Assembly: GCF_963921235.1 (NCBI RefSeq)
Contig: NC_086101.1
Coordinates: forward strand, 5,706,001-5,770,000
Length of the DNA stretch: 64,000 nt
From: Mobula hypostoma
Lineage: Eukaryota
Direction of reading: 5' to 3'
In this document: in pieces, positions 1-13,102 of the stretch
How the letters are laid out: each line of letters starts with the position of its first letter
Numbering within the stretch: position 1 is the first letter of the stretch
Notes under the pieces: model-generated
Database searches by the model: none
Told to the model about the DNA's origin: nothing
Seen by the model: only the letters and a program-made list of their open reading frames with translations
Position numbers and translations under genes: made by a program

Positions 1-1119
1 TCAGAATTGATTGGAAAAGAACACTGGCAGGGATTACAACAGGGCAGCAATGGCTGGAGTTTGTGGAAGCACTTCGGAAGGCACAAGATATATATCCCAA
101 AGAGGAAGAAGTATTCCAAAGGGAAGATGACACAACTGTGGCTAACAAAAGAAATCAAAGCCAATATGAAAGCCAAAGAGAGGGCATATAATACAGCAAA
201 AATTAATGGGAAGTTAGAGGATTGGAAAGCTTATAAAAACCAACAGAAATAACTAAAAAAGTCATGAAGAAGGTAAAGATGGAATACATAAGTGAGCCGG
301 TAATATTAAAGAGAATACGAAAAGTTTTTTTTCAGATTCATAAAGTATAAAAGAGAGGTGAAAGTGGATATCAAACCATTGGAAAAAAGTGTTGGAGAGG
401 TAGTAACGGAGACAATGAAATAGCGGACAAACTGATAGAGTATTTTATATGGGTCTTCACTATGGAAAATAGTAGTCTGGGAGAAGTTCCAGGTGTCAGG
501 GGTCATGAAGTGTGTGAGCTACCATTACTAGAGAGAAGGTACTTGGGAAACCGAAAGGTCTGAAGGTGGATAAGTCACCTGGACCAGGTGGTATACACCC
601 CAGAGTTGGCTGAAGAAATTCTGAAGGCACTAGTGATGATCTTTCAAGAATCACTTGATTGCAAATGTCACTCCACTCTTCAAGAACGGAGAGAGACAGA
701 AGAAAGGAAATTATGGGTTAGTTAGCCTTATCTCAGTGCTTGGGAAGATGTTGGAATCGATTATTAAGGATGAGGTCTCAGCCTACTTGGAGACACATGA
801 TAAAATAGCCCATAGTCAGCATGGTTTCCTCAAGGGAAAATCTTGCCTGAGAAATCTGTTGGAATTAATTGAAGAAATAACAAGCAGGATAAACAAAGAA
901 GAATCAGTTGATATTGTGTACTTGGAGTTTCAGAAGACCTCTGAGAAGGTAACACACATGAGGCTGCTTAACAAATTACAAGCCCATGGTGTTACAGGAA
1001 AGATTCTAGCATGAGTAGAGCAGTGACCGATTGGCAGAAGGCAAAGAGTGAGAATAAAGGGAGCCTTTCTGACTGGCTGCTGGTGACTAGTGGTGTTCCA
1101 CAGGGGTCTGTATTGGGAC

Positions 1120-2005
1120 TGTTACATACCTCGTGGGTATCTTGTGACTGTCTTATGACCATGATGTAATTGAGTATCTTGTGAGCATTATGTAATGGTC
1201 TTGTGATGGTGGGGTGATGTAATTTCCCGGCCAGTGTGAGGTCACATAATGTAATTTTCCTGCCGGTGTGAGGTCACGTTATGACATGTTCCAACAGATA
1301 TATAAAGGGGAAACCCCTGTTGTCACGCAGTTAATTCGTCAGTTAATCATTAGTTACTTTGTTATGCTGCATACTCGTCTCGACGCAGTTTCATTTGAAG
1401 TGGAGTTTTTACTTTCTAGTGTAAGGTACAAAAACGTTGTGCCAGCAGTTTCGCCAATCGCTGCCAGTTTTTGTTTGTTGCACCTTTGATTTACTTTTAC
1501 AGTCTAATATTTGAGAGTGAAGCCCTTAGTGAAGTACGGGAACCCGAAGGATTGAGTATAGTTGGTGTCGTTCGGCAGTTTTATAAAGGATTGACCTTAT
1601 TGAATCTTCATTCAGGAATAGTGGCCTGCATCTTATATAACCCCTGCAATATCAGGAAGGTTTGTGCAGTGTTCACCCTCCTGCAAAAGATCAGTTCCTT
1701 TGAGCCGTTTTATTTCCTTCGTCGTGAATTCTTTGGGACGTGGCATCTCTCGGCTGGGATCGGCAGCAACGTCACGTCTTCAAAGAAATCAGTTTTCAGG
1801 GAAGTCTCTCCTTATTATATACATCACTTGGACTTTTGAATTTTACCACTTTAAGACTGTGTTTGAATTTACCACTTTAAGAACTGTTCCAGAGTTTGGC
1901 TGTTTGTTAAATTGCCGTATAGCAGTTAACTTCCAGTTAAGTTAGTTGTGTGTTTACTTTTCACTGTGCTTGAGCAGAGTTTAATAAATGTTTATGTTTG
2001 TTTAT
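1120..2005 (+). mobile_element. LTR-like insertion (3'-truncated solo LTR) inside the CR1 RT
   Basis: Splits the CR1 between [10 protein letters not shown] and YVNDLDDG. It starts TGTTACA, has short direct repeats (atgtaattt..gtgtgaggtcac), TATATAAA near 1299 and AATAAA at 1983. No terminal CA or TSD was seen. Confidence 0.55.
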
Positions 2006-2554
2006 GTTATGTGTATGTCAATGACTTGGATGATGGAATCAATTGCTTTGTTGCAAACTTTGCGGATAATGTGAAGATAACTGGAGAGGCTGGTAGCTTT
2101 AAGGAAGTAGAGAGGCTACGGAATGACAGACAAATTAGGAGAAATGGCAGATGGAATATAGTGTCAGGAAATGTATGGCCATGCAGTTAGGTAGAAGAAA
2201 TGAAAGGGTTGACTATTTCCTAAATGGAGAGAAAACACAAAAATCTGAGGTGAAAATGGACTTGGAAGTCCTTGTGCAGTATTCCCTAAAGGTTAACTTT
2301 CAGGTGTAGTCTGTAGTAAGGAAGGCAAATGCAATGTTAGCATTCATTTCAAGAGGTCTGGAATATAAAAGCAAACATATAATTTTGAGACTTTTTAAGC
2401 ATTGGTGAGGCCTCTTGCAGTATCATGAGCAGTTTTGGGTCCCTTATTTTGGAAAGCGGGAGGAGGAAGGAGGAGGGAATGTCAACTCAGACCATGAGAG
2501 GCCTTGCAAGGTGCAGATTGGAAGTCTGTGTGGGGCGCCACTGCTCGCACAGAC

Positions 2555-2680
2555 ACTAGAGCAATGTGTGGTTAAGTGCCTTACTCATGGACACAAACAC
2601 GCTGCCACAACTGAGGCTCAAACTGGTGACTTTCAGATCACTAGACAAACGCCTTAACCGCTTGGCCATGTGCCCAACAC
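2555..2680 (-). mobile_element. tRNA-derived SINE head with CORE-like domain
   Basis: Minus strand has an A-box-like TGGCCAAGCGG, a degenerate B box and gtgtcc.tgag.aaggcacttaacc. Homologous to 16170-16475. Confidence 0.7.
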
Positions 2681-3329
2681 ATCATATCTTATTCTTATCT
2701 TAAAAAGGATGTGCTGAAACTTGAGAGGGTTCAAAGAAGGTTCACGGAAATATTTCCAGGATTGAATGGCTTGTCATATGAAGAGTTTCTGAAGGCTCTG
2801 GGCCTGTATTTGCTGGAATTCAGAAGAGTAAAGGGTGATCTCGTTGAATCTTATGGAATGGTGAAAGACCGTGACAGAGTGGATGTGGAGAAGATGTTTC
2901 CTATGGCATGAGAGTCTAAGACCAGAGGACACCACCTCAGAACAGGCAGGTGTCCTTTTAAAACAGAGATGAAGAGGAATTTCTGTAACTAGAGAGTGGT
3001 GAATATGTGGAATTCATTGCTACAGGCAGATGTGGAGACCAGGTTTGATATATTCTTGATTAGTCAGGGCATGAAGGGGATACGTGGAAAATGTTGGAGA
3101 TTGGGACTAAGAGGAAAATTGGATCAGCCATGATGAAATCGCAGAGCAGACTCGATGGGCCAAATGGCCCAATCCTATATCCTATGTTCATATATAACAC
3201 TAAGTTTCATTTTCTTGTGGGCATTCACAGTATTCACAGTAAATGAAAAGAAACAAACAACAGCAAAATATTGAAAAAATAAAAAAATAACTATATAGAA
3301 CATGAGATGCAGAGTCCATAAGATCATAA

Positions 3330-6300
3330 AACCATAAGATACTGCAGAACAATTCCATTTTGCTTCTCAGCCCCAGTCTCCTGTCTTCTCCCCGTATCCC
3401 TTCATGCCCCAACTAATTAAGAATCTATCAACCTGTGCCTCAAAAATACCCAATGACTTGACCTTCACAACTGCCTGTGGCAATGAATTCCACATATTCA
3501 CCACCCTCTGTCTAAAGAAATTCCTCCTCATCTCTATTCTTGTCATGGTCCGGTCCGTGAACTCCGTATTCCGATTCACGGTTCGGTCCATCGACCCTTG
3601 CTTCAGGTTTTCCTGTCTACCCTGTTTCTGTTCTTGTTGAGCTCTAATTGAGGCAGCTGATGCTCATTGGGGCCGGCTGCATAAATACCTTAAGAGACCC
3701 GGGTGTGGCTGCTGGATTGTTCTTGTCCTTACTCCTTGTATCCCTTCCTCTGTCTTCTGTTTCTTCGCCTGAAGCTTTGCCTTGTCTTGCCGGTAACTCT
3801 CGCCTCACCTGAAGTTCTCGTTTCGCCTTGCATTGCCTGAAGCCTTGCCTGGTCTTGCTGGTAACTCTCGCCTCATCTCACCTTCAATCTTGTCCTGGAG
3901 CCATCCCATACCTAGCTCCATTCCTGTCCCTTGACTCCGCGGGGTAAGTCAGGCTGTCTTGCCATTACCCTACAGCTGGTTCTGTCCCTTCCTGTCCCTT
4001 GCCTCCATTGGGTAAGCCAGGCTGTCTTGCCATTACCTGCGGTTGGTTCTGTCCCTTCCTGTCCCTTGCCTCCGTCGGGTGGTGATCCATGCCCTGCCCT
4101 GGAGTACCGCGCCCTGCCCAGGAGAAGACTCCAGCCTCCTGCCTCCTGCCAAGCCTCGCCTCAAGTCTCCTGCCTCCTGCCTCCTGCCAAGCCTCGCCTC
4201 TAGTCTCCAGCCTCCTACCAAACCTCGCCTCTAGTCTCTAACCTCAAGCCTGAACACTCCAGCCTCCTGCCAAGCCTCACCTCTAGTCTCTAGCCTCAAG
4301 CCTAAAGACTCCAGCCTCCTGCCAAGCCTCACCTCGAGCCTCCAGCCTCAAGTCTGAAGAGTCCAGCCTCCTGCCAAGCCTCGACTCAAGTCTCTAGCCT
4401 CTAGCCTCAAGCCTGAAGACTCCAGCCTCCTGCCTCCTGCCAAGCCTTGTACTTGCCTAGTTCTGGGGTCCGAGCCAGAGGCAAGACCCAGGTTCTGGGT
4501 CCTTGCCCAGTCTCTGGCTCAGAGTCCAAGCCCAGGCTCCTAGCTCTCTTGTCCAGTCCTGTTCCAGGTTCCTGGTTTTCCTGTCCATGTCCTTGCCCTC
4601 GCCCTGTATCCTAGTCCTGTCCCTAGTACTCCAGTGTCTGTGTCTTGCACTTGGCTCCATTCCCAGCCACCTCCTTGTGACAATTCTAAATTGATGTCCC
4701 TCTATTCTGAGGCTGTGTCCTCTGGACGTAGACTCCTACACCATAGAAAACATCCTTTCCACATCCACTCTTCAACATTCAATAGGTTTCAATGAGATCA
4801 CCACTCATTCTTCTACATTCCAATGACTAGAGTCCCAAAGACATTAAACACTCCTGATATGACTAGCCTTCCAATCCCAGAGCCTTTCTTTTAAACCCTC
4901 TCGAATATCAGCACATCCTTTCAGGGATACGGGCTACAAAACTGCTCACAATACTCCAAGTGAGGCTTCACCAGTGCTTAATAAAGCCTTAACATTGCAT
5001 CCTTGCTTTAATATTCCAGTTCTCACAAAATGAATGCTAACATTTAATTTTCCTTCCTCACCACAGACCCAACCTTCAGGGAATCTTACACGAGGACTTC
5101 CAAGTCCCTTTGTACCACATATTTTTGAATTTTCTCTCCATTTAGTAAATAGTCGACCCTTTTATTTCTTCCATCAAGGTGCATGACCATACACTTCCTG
5201 CCACCTCTTTGCCCATTCTCCTAGCCTGTTAAGTCCCTCTGTAGCCTCTCTACTTCCTCAAAACTATCTGCCCCTCCACCTATCTTCAAATTGTCTGCAA
5301 ACCTGGCCACAAAGCTATCAATTCTATCATCCATTGACATAAAGTGTAAAAAGAAGCAGTCCCAACACTGACCCCTGTGGAACACCCATAGTCACCGGCT
5401 GCCAACTAAGAAAGATTCCCTTTATTTCCACTCTTTGCCTCCTACCAATCTGCCAATGCTTTATCAATGTAATACTACGGGCTCTTAACTTGTTAAGCAA
5501 CATCACGTGTGGCACCTTGTCAAAGGCTTTCTGGAAGTCCAAGTACACGACATCCACCAATTCTCCTTTTCTATCCTGCTTGTAATTTCCCCAAAAAATT
5601 TCAACAGATTTGTCGGGCAAGATTTTCCCTTGAGGAAACCATACTGACTGCAGCCTATTTTATCATGTGTCTCCCAGTACCCTGAAAGCACATCCTTAAC
5701 AATCAACTCCAGCATCGTCCCAACCACTGAAGTCAGACTAAGTGGTCTATAATTTCCTTTCTTCTGCCTCTCTCAGTTCATGAAGAATGGAGTGACATTC
5801 GCAATTGTTCAGTCCTCTGAAACGATGCCAGCATCAAATGATTCCTTGAAGAGCATTACTCGTGTCCCCACAATCTCGTCAGCCACCTCTTTCAGAACCC
5901 TGGGGTGTACACCATCTGGTCAAGCTGACTTATCAGACCTTTCTGTTTCTCATGCACCTTCTCCCGAGTAATGGCAACTTCACACACTCCATGCCCCCTA
6001 AACTCTGGCTTATTGCTCGTATCTTCCACAGAGAAGACTGATGCCAAATACTTACTCAGTTCATCCACCATTACCGTGTTCCCATTATACCTCTCCAGCA
6101 TTGTTTTGCAGTGGTCCGATATCCATTCTTGCCTCTCTTTTACACTTTATGAATCTGAAGAAATGTCTCGAATATTATTGGCTACCTTACCTTCACATTC
6201 CATCTTTTCCTGCTTTATGACTGTTTTAGTTGTCTTCTGTTGGTTTTTAAAAGCTCCCCAATCCTCTAACTTCCTACTGATTTTTGCTCTATTATATTCC

Positions 6301-6820
6301 CTCTCTTTGGCTTTTATGTTGTTTTTGACTTCCCTTGTCAGTGACAGTTGTGTCATCCTGCCTTTAGAATACTTCTTCCTCTTTGGGATATATATATATA
6401 TATATCCTATGCTTTTCATATTGCTCCCAGAAATTCCAGCCGTTGCTGCTCTGCCATCGTCCCTGCCAGTGTTCTTTTCCAATTAGTTTTGGTCAGCTCC
6501 TTTCTCATGCCTCTGTAATTCCTTTTACTCCACTGGAATACTGATACATATTACTTTAGCTTCTGCTGCTCAAATTTCAGGGTGAATTCTATCATATTAT
6601 GATCACTTGCCCCTCAGGTTTACTTTACCTTAAGCACGCTAATCAATTCCAGTTCATTGCACAATACCCAATCCAGAGTATCTGATCCCCCCAGTGGGCT
6701 CAACTACGAGTTGTTTTGAAAAGCAATCTCATGCGCATTCAAGAAATTCCCTCTCTTGGGTTCTAGCACCAACCTGATTTTCCCAAACTACTTACATATT
6801 GAAATCCCCTGTGATCCTTT
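3330..6820 (-). mobile_element. Decayed CR1 LINE (APE end, RT, 3' end) interrupted by a solo LTR
   Basis: RT peptides [14 protein letters not shown] and GVPQGSVLG, and the 3' peptide NFFRQRVVNMWNSLP. Confidence 0.9.
3541..4682 (+). mobile_element. Solo LTR (Gypsy-like) with internal minisatellite
   Basis: TGTCA...TGACA termini and a perfect 5-bp TSD ATTCT (3536-3540 / 4683-4687) inside a CR1. Internal array of ctccagcctcctgccaagcctc units. Confidence 0.85.
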
Positions 6821-7999
6821 GCAAGTCAGTCCAGTTCAGTGATGGGGCAAGTGAAGTTATCCCCTCTGATTCAAGAGCCTGATGGCTGAGGGGTAATAAC
6901 TGTTCCTGAACCAGGTGGTGTGAGACTCCAGGCTCTTGTACCTCCATTTTATTGGCAGCAGCAAGAAAAGTGCATGGCTTACAGGGAGAAAGTCCTTAAA
7001 AAAGGATGCTATTTTCCTGCGACAAGGCTCTGTTTAGATGCACTTGGTGATAGGAAGAGCTTTACCCATGATGTTCGAGGCTGTATTCACTGCTTTTTGT
7101 TGGCTTTTTCATTGAAAGTCATTGGTGTTTCCATACCAGGCATTGATTCAACCATTAAATATACCCTCCATCGCACATCTATAGAAGTTTGCCAAAGTTT
7201 TAGATTATATCTGTAATCTATACAAACATCTAAGAAAGTAGAGCCATGCGTTCTTTGTAAAGTACTCGGGTGAGTTACCAGGAACAGAACCACTGAAATG
7301 ATAACACCATTCCCACACCCAGGATGAGTTCTTACTGTCTGATTTGCTGGGACTACCAGAAAGAGCCACTGAACAATCTGGGAATACTGGCACTGGCACA
7401 GACACAGGCAGCAATTCCAAAATCAGACTGGGGTCAGTGGAAGGCTGACTTACTGGTCACTGACGGAGAGTTGGTTGAGTAAAGTCTGGACAAAGTCTTC
7501 AGTAAACACAGGACTCTGGGGACTGACACCAAAATAAATAAGTTTGGGGAAATTGTTGGGTATGAAATCATCTTGGGTATGAAATCCATTCCAAAATTTT
7601 AGGAAAAGGGATGAAAATTAGAAACAGGATAATTCATAATCACATTTCAGAGTGGGGATCTGAGTGTTGGTTTTATGCACAGCGTCGTTGTATATAGCTG
7701 ATTGTTCACTAGCGCCATCCCGCGAGGATAATTGCTGCTGCAAGCTGACCTAATGTTTCGTTACAAACACCAGACAATCTGCAGATGCTGGAAATCCAAG
7801 CAACACATACAATCTGCTGAAGGAAATCAGCAGGCTAGGCAGCATCTATGGAAATGAGTAAACAGTTGTGTTTCAGGCCGAGACTCTTCGTCAAGAGTAT
7901 AGTTGAGTTATGGGGTTTTCGAGAGTTAATCTAAAGGGTTACAAAGGATCAGCATTGGAGTGTGAATTAGCATCAATCCACTGGGCCAAAGCCATGGCA

Positions 8000-8175
8000 G
8001 CACAGCAGACAGAGCTCAGGGTGTCAGAGTTCAGAGTTCTATTCCAACATGTCCTGAAAGGAGTTTGAATGTCCTCCCTGTGGAATGTGTGGGTTTTCTC
8101 TGGGTACTCTGGTTTCTTCCCACAGTCCAAAGAGATACCGATCAGTAGGTTAATTGGTCATTGTGAATTGTCTGA
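8000..8175 (+). mobile_element. V-SINE-type element
   Basis: Central gtgtgggttttctctgggtactctggtttcttcccacagtccaaaga motif is typical of V-SINEs. Confidence 0.65.
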
Positions 8176-8779
8176 TCGTATCCTGCTGAATATTGAAAGA
8201 CCTGGAAGAGCGGATGCAGCAAGGATATTTCCTGTAGTGGGGGAGTCTAGGACCAGAGGGCACAGACTCAGAATAGAGAGATGTCCTTTTACAATAGATA
8301 TGAAGAGGCATTTCCTCAGCCAGAAGGAGGTGAATCTGTGGAATTCATCACCACAGATGACTGCTGAGTCCAAGTTATTGAGTAAACGTAAAGTGGAGGT
8401 TGATAGATTATTGATTAGTCAGGCCATCAAAGGTTATGGGGAGAAGGCAGGAGAATGGATTGAGAAGGAAAATAAATCAACCGTGATGGAATAGTGAAGA
8501 AAGCACGATGGCCTGAATGGCCTAATTCTGTTCTGATGTCTTATGGCCTCATGGTCTTAACATCATGAAGGCTCCCATTCATCATGCTCATGGGCTGTTT
8601 GTCCCACTCCCATCAGGAAAAAGGCGAGATAGCATCAACACCTGGACCACCAAACTCAAAAGCAATTACTTTCCCTAAGCAGTAAGGCTGATCAACCCTT
8701 CTACCCATGAACCCACCCCTCCACACCCCCAACCACCACGACTTTATCATTTCCTGTCAGAGTCAGCATATATGCCTAT

Positions 8780-10030
8780 CAACACACTCAAAATGCTGGG
8801 GGAACTCAGTAGGCCAGGCAGCATCTAGGAAACGAGCACAGTTGATGTTTTGAGCCAAAACTCTTCAGCAGGACTGGAGAAAAAAAAACTCGGGAGTAAA
8901 AGGTGGTGCGAGGGGAGAGAGAAACACAAGGTGATAGATGAAACCTGGAGGGGGAAGAATGAATTAAAAATGGAGACACCTCTTTCTCCCTTATTAGGGA
9001 GAGAGAGAGAGCCTGTGGTTTGTCGAATACCGGGTGAAACATTAAGTCTTTGGGGTATCTGCAAGTCTGTGTCTTTACTGTTGCTTTGCTCACACGTGAG
9101 TGCTCGGTGGCTGTGCTGATGCTTTTATTTTGCCGGTGGGGGAGGGGGACTTGTCGCTCGCTGCCGCGTACACGCGAGAGGGAGGGGAGCTGTGGGGGAC
9201 TTTGGGGTTCTAACGTTTAACTGTCGCTCATTCCTTTGGGCACTCCTCTGTTTTTGTGGATGTTTGCGAAGAAAAAGCATTTCAGGATGCATATTGTATA
9301 CATTTCTCTGACATTAAATTGTACCTTCGAACCTTTGAACTTTTGAAGAGCCGTGAAGTTGACTGGTGAAAGAGACAGAAGGCAATGGTGGAAAGAGAAG
9401 GGGGAGGAGCACCAGAGGGAGGTGGTGAGTAGGGAAGGAGATAAAGTGAGAGGGGGAAAAGGGGATGGGAAGTGGTGAAGGGTGTGAGGGGGGAGGAGCT
9501 GTAGGGCAGCTGCAGCACTTGTTCCACCCGCAGGGATAAATGGCAGGAGGGAGATCAGTAGGGAGGGACGAATGGACAAGGGAATCGCGTAGAGAGCAAT
9601 CCCTCTGGAAAGCAGAAAGTGGGGAAAGGGAAAGGGTGCTTGGTGGTGGGATCCTGCTGGAGGTGGTGGAAGTTTTGGAAAATTATGTGCTGGACGCAGA
9701 GATGAGTGGGGTGGTAGGTGAGGACAAGCGGAGCCCTGTCCCTGGTAGGGTTGCAGAAGGATGGGGTAAGAGCAGACATGCATGAAATGGAAGAGATGCG
9801 GTTGAGGGCAGTGTTGATGGTGGGGGAAGGGAAACCCCTTTCTTTGAAAAAGGAGGACATCTCGTTCATTCTAAAATAAGAAGCCTCATCCTGAGAGTGG
9901 ATGCAGTGGAGACGGAGGGATTGAGAGAAGGGGATGGCGTATTTACAAGTAACAGTCTGGGATGGGGTATAGTCCAGGTAGCTGTGAGAGTCTGTGGGTT
10001 TATAATAGACATGGGTGGGTAAGCTGCCTG
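8780..10030 (-). mobile_element. Penelope-like element fragment with pLTR, interrupted by a LINE 3'-UTR fragment (~8970-9342)
   Basis: Peptides [21 protein letters not shown] and NFHHLQQDPTT. A hammerhead-like motif lies at 8840-8875. Confidence 0.85.
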
Positions 10031-10319
10031 GCATCAGTCTATGGACATATAATCAATCTATCAACGAATAAATAATTAAATAAATAAATAGATAAATAAT
10101 ACTGAAACCAGATGTTGCAGAGAGTCCTTTAAAGTGAGTCTGGATGTCAAAAATCAGTTCGGAGTTGTGGTGCATGAAGTTATCCACACTCGTTCAGGAG
10201 ACAAATGGTTGAGGGGTAATAACTATTCCTGAACCTGGGGGTGGGTCCCAAGGCTCCTATACCTTATTTCTGATGGTAGTCACAAGACGGAAGCAGAATA
10301 ACAACAACAATAATAATAA

Positions 10320-11800
10320 TAACATTGTCCCATAGTAATATCTACAACTGGTGTCATCCCAAAGGAATGACACAATTGCATAACAATTAGGATTACACAG
10401 CAATATCTATGTAAATCTCCAGAGAGCCACAATACTACACACCACGGAATCGTCTAAAAGTTCCAGCAATTGGGAAATGAGTGTGCTTGACGATGCCTGT
10501 AGTTCAGGCTTTACCAGCTTGAGCTGAGAAAAACTAAATAATAATTACAATAGAGGCCTCTTCCCAGAATCAGAAGGGTTCCTTGTGACAATACAAGACA
10601 AAATATAACAAAGGTAACAAACACTTTCACTATACCCATATTAATGTCTTCCTTTGGCGTAATATCTTGGTCTGAAACTAATCTGTAAAACTTACAAAGA
10701 GAAATAATAACTTAAATGACAAATTTCAGAAAACATTATGCACTGTTCATTCCAATACTCTTAGATTAACACTACTGAGGACAAAAGGAGAAAGAGGAAC
10801 AGCAGACATTAACAATCTACACAACAGTCAGAGTTGATTTGAACAGTTATGATTGCACTGCTCCTGGGAAATGCTGTCTCATTCTGCCCTGCAGAGCTGA
10901 TGTACGGTTAGAATGACAATAAAGTTTTTTGAATCTTGAATCTTGAATCTTGAATAAAACTTCTAAGGAATAGCTTTCATCAACAAAATCAGGAATCAGC
11001 ACTCCATGCAAACACATACAATTCGGATAGCTTCCAAGATGCAATCCAGGTCATCATCAAACTGCTTCCAAGATACATTGTCTGATGATCTCGGTTATCT
11101 GATTCTCTCTTTCCTTGATGAATGGATTCGGAAGTCCGAGGCAACACTCACTTGGTCCCTCCTTTGGCACTGGGGCAGCTCAGGCACGGGGAGGTTGTCA
11201 GCTCTGTGGGATGCTTCCTGGCTGGAGTTCTCCATCGTCTCACCGGATGTTGAGACTGTGTTGCACCTGAGTCGCCTTCGTTTTGCAGCTGGACCTGCTT
11301 TGATGTATCTTGAGACTTTGATGTTTTGCAGATTTTGAAACAATGGCACTTTGCAATGAATATGTCCCCGGTCAGTGTTGTTTGCTTGAGTCTCTCGTTA
11401 CCATATTTCCAGTCCTGGCCATTGCCATTATGTCCGTCCTATTGAGTATCTCATCCTCTGCCACCCCCATTCCAAACACACATAACAAACGGAAATCAGT
11501 AAGTGAAAAACAGCGGAAATATGCTGAACTAAAAGAGGAAATTGATAGACTTTGGTACATGAACAAGGTATACATTGTTTCAATAGAATTATCTCCAACT
11601 GGTGTCATCCCCAGGATATGACACAATAGCATGAAGTATTTAGGGCTACAGAGTAATATTTATGTAAATCTTCAGAAAGCCACAATACTAAACACCACAG
11701 AGCAGTCCGAAAGTTCCCAGCAATTCACAAACGAGCATGCTCGGCTATGCCCATACCTCGGGTTTTACCAGCTTGAGCTAAGAAAAAAATAATAATATTG
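10320..11800 (+). mobile_element. R4/Dong-clade non-LTR retrotransposon fragments
   Basis: Restriction-like endonuclease C-terminus IPNTHN...EKQRKYAELKEEIDRLWYMNKVYIVSIELSPTGVIP. Two copies of the 3' end (~10322-10545, ~11465-11800) adjoin TAA-rich repeats. Confidence 0.7.
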
Positions 11801-11995
11801 ATAACTTTATTTAAAGAGCACTTCTCATGCAGATGATGTCATTCAAAGTGCCTTGTAATGGGGTATAAGCACAAATATGAAAATAAAATAAAAACTAAAA
11901 CTAAAATACACATGAAAATAAAAAAAATAAAAGATACTTAAATGCAAGGTTAAATAGGTTTTGAGCTGGTCTTTAAAACTGTCAACGTATCTGCA

Positions 11996-13102
11996 GCTGG
12001 ATCTTCAACTTCCTCACAGACGGGACCCAGGCTGTAAAAATAGGGGACAAGCTCTCCTCTACAAACACTCTGAGCACCGGTGCCCCACAAGGCAGTGTAC
12101 TCAGCCCCCTGTTGTACTCACTGTACACCCATGATTGTGTAGCCAAGTTTCCATCAAACTCAATATATAAGTTTTCTGATGACACAACAATTGTCGGCCG
12201 TATCTCGGGTAATGATGAGTTTGAGTACAGAGCGGAAATTAAGAACCTGGTGGCATGGTGCGAAGACAATAATCTATCCTTCAACGTCAGCAAGATGAAG
12301 GAATTGGTTGTTGACTTCAGAAGGAATAGCGGACCGCACGACCCAATTTACATTGGTGGTGCGCAAGTGGAACAGGTCAAAAGCTTTAAGTTCCTCGGGG
12401 TCAATATCACAAATGACCTGACTTGGTCCAACCAAGCAGAGTTCACTGCCAAGAAGGCCCACCAGTGTCTTTACTTCCTGAGAAAACTAAAGAAATTTGG
12501 CCTGTCCACTAAAACCCTCACTAATTTTTATAGATGCACCGTAGAAAGCATTCTTCTAGGGTGCATCACAACCTGGTATGGAAGTTGTCCTGTCCAAGAC
12601 CGAAAGAAGCTGCAGAAGATCGTGAACACGGCGCAACACATCACACAAACCAATCTTTCGTCCGTGGACTCACTTTGCACTGCACGCTGTCGGAGTCGTG
12701 CTGCCTGGATAATCAAGGACATGACCCACCCAGCCAACAGACTTTTCATCCCTCTTCCCTCCGGAAGAAGGTTCAGGAGCTTCAAGACTCGTACGACCAG
12801 ATTTGGGAACAGCTTCTTTCCAACTGTGATAAGACTGCTGAACGGATCCTAACCCGGATCTGGGCCATACCCTCCCAATATCCGGACCTGCCTCTTGGTT
12901 TGTTTGCACTACCTTACTTCCCATTTTTCTATTTTCTATTTATGATTTATAATTTAAATTTTTAATATTTACTAATTTTAACTATTTTTAATATTTTTAA
13001 TATTTAATATTTGTAATCCAGGGAGTGTGAAGCGCAGAATCAAATATTGCTGTGATGATTGTACGTTCTGGTACCAATTGTTTGGCGACAATAAAGTATA
13101 AA
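11996..13102 (+). mobile_element. 5'-truncated Rex1/Babar-clade LINE inserted in an L2-like remnant
   Basis: Open RT C-terminus GAPQGSVLSPLLYSLYTHDCVAKFPSNSIYKFSDDTTIVG...SFFPTVIRLLN, a (taaagta) tail and a 9-bp TSD GTATCTGCA (11987-11995 / 13103-13111). Confidence 0.88.

Larger units (their letters stand above)
1..3190 (+). mobile_element. Decayed CR1 LINE ORF2 (RT) and 3' end, interrupted by an LTR-like insert and a SINE
   Basis: Peptides include [33 protein letters not shown] and LERVQRRFT, with multiple stops and frameshifts. Confidence 0.9.

Noticed and set aside
12112..12852. 246-aa ORF as a host gene
   Set aside because: It is the RT C-terminus of a 5'-truncated Rex1 element with a TSD.
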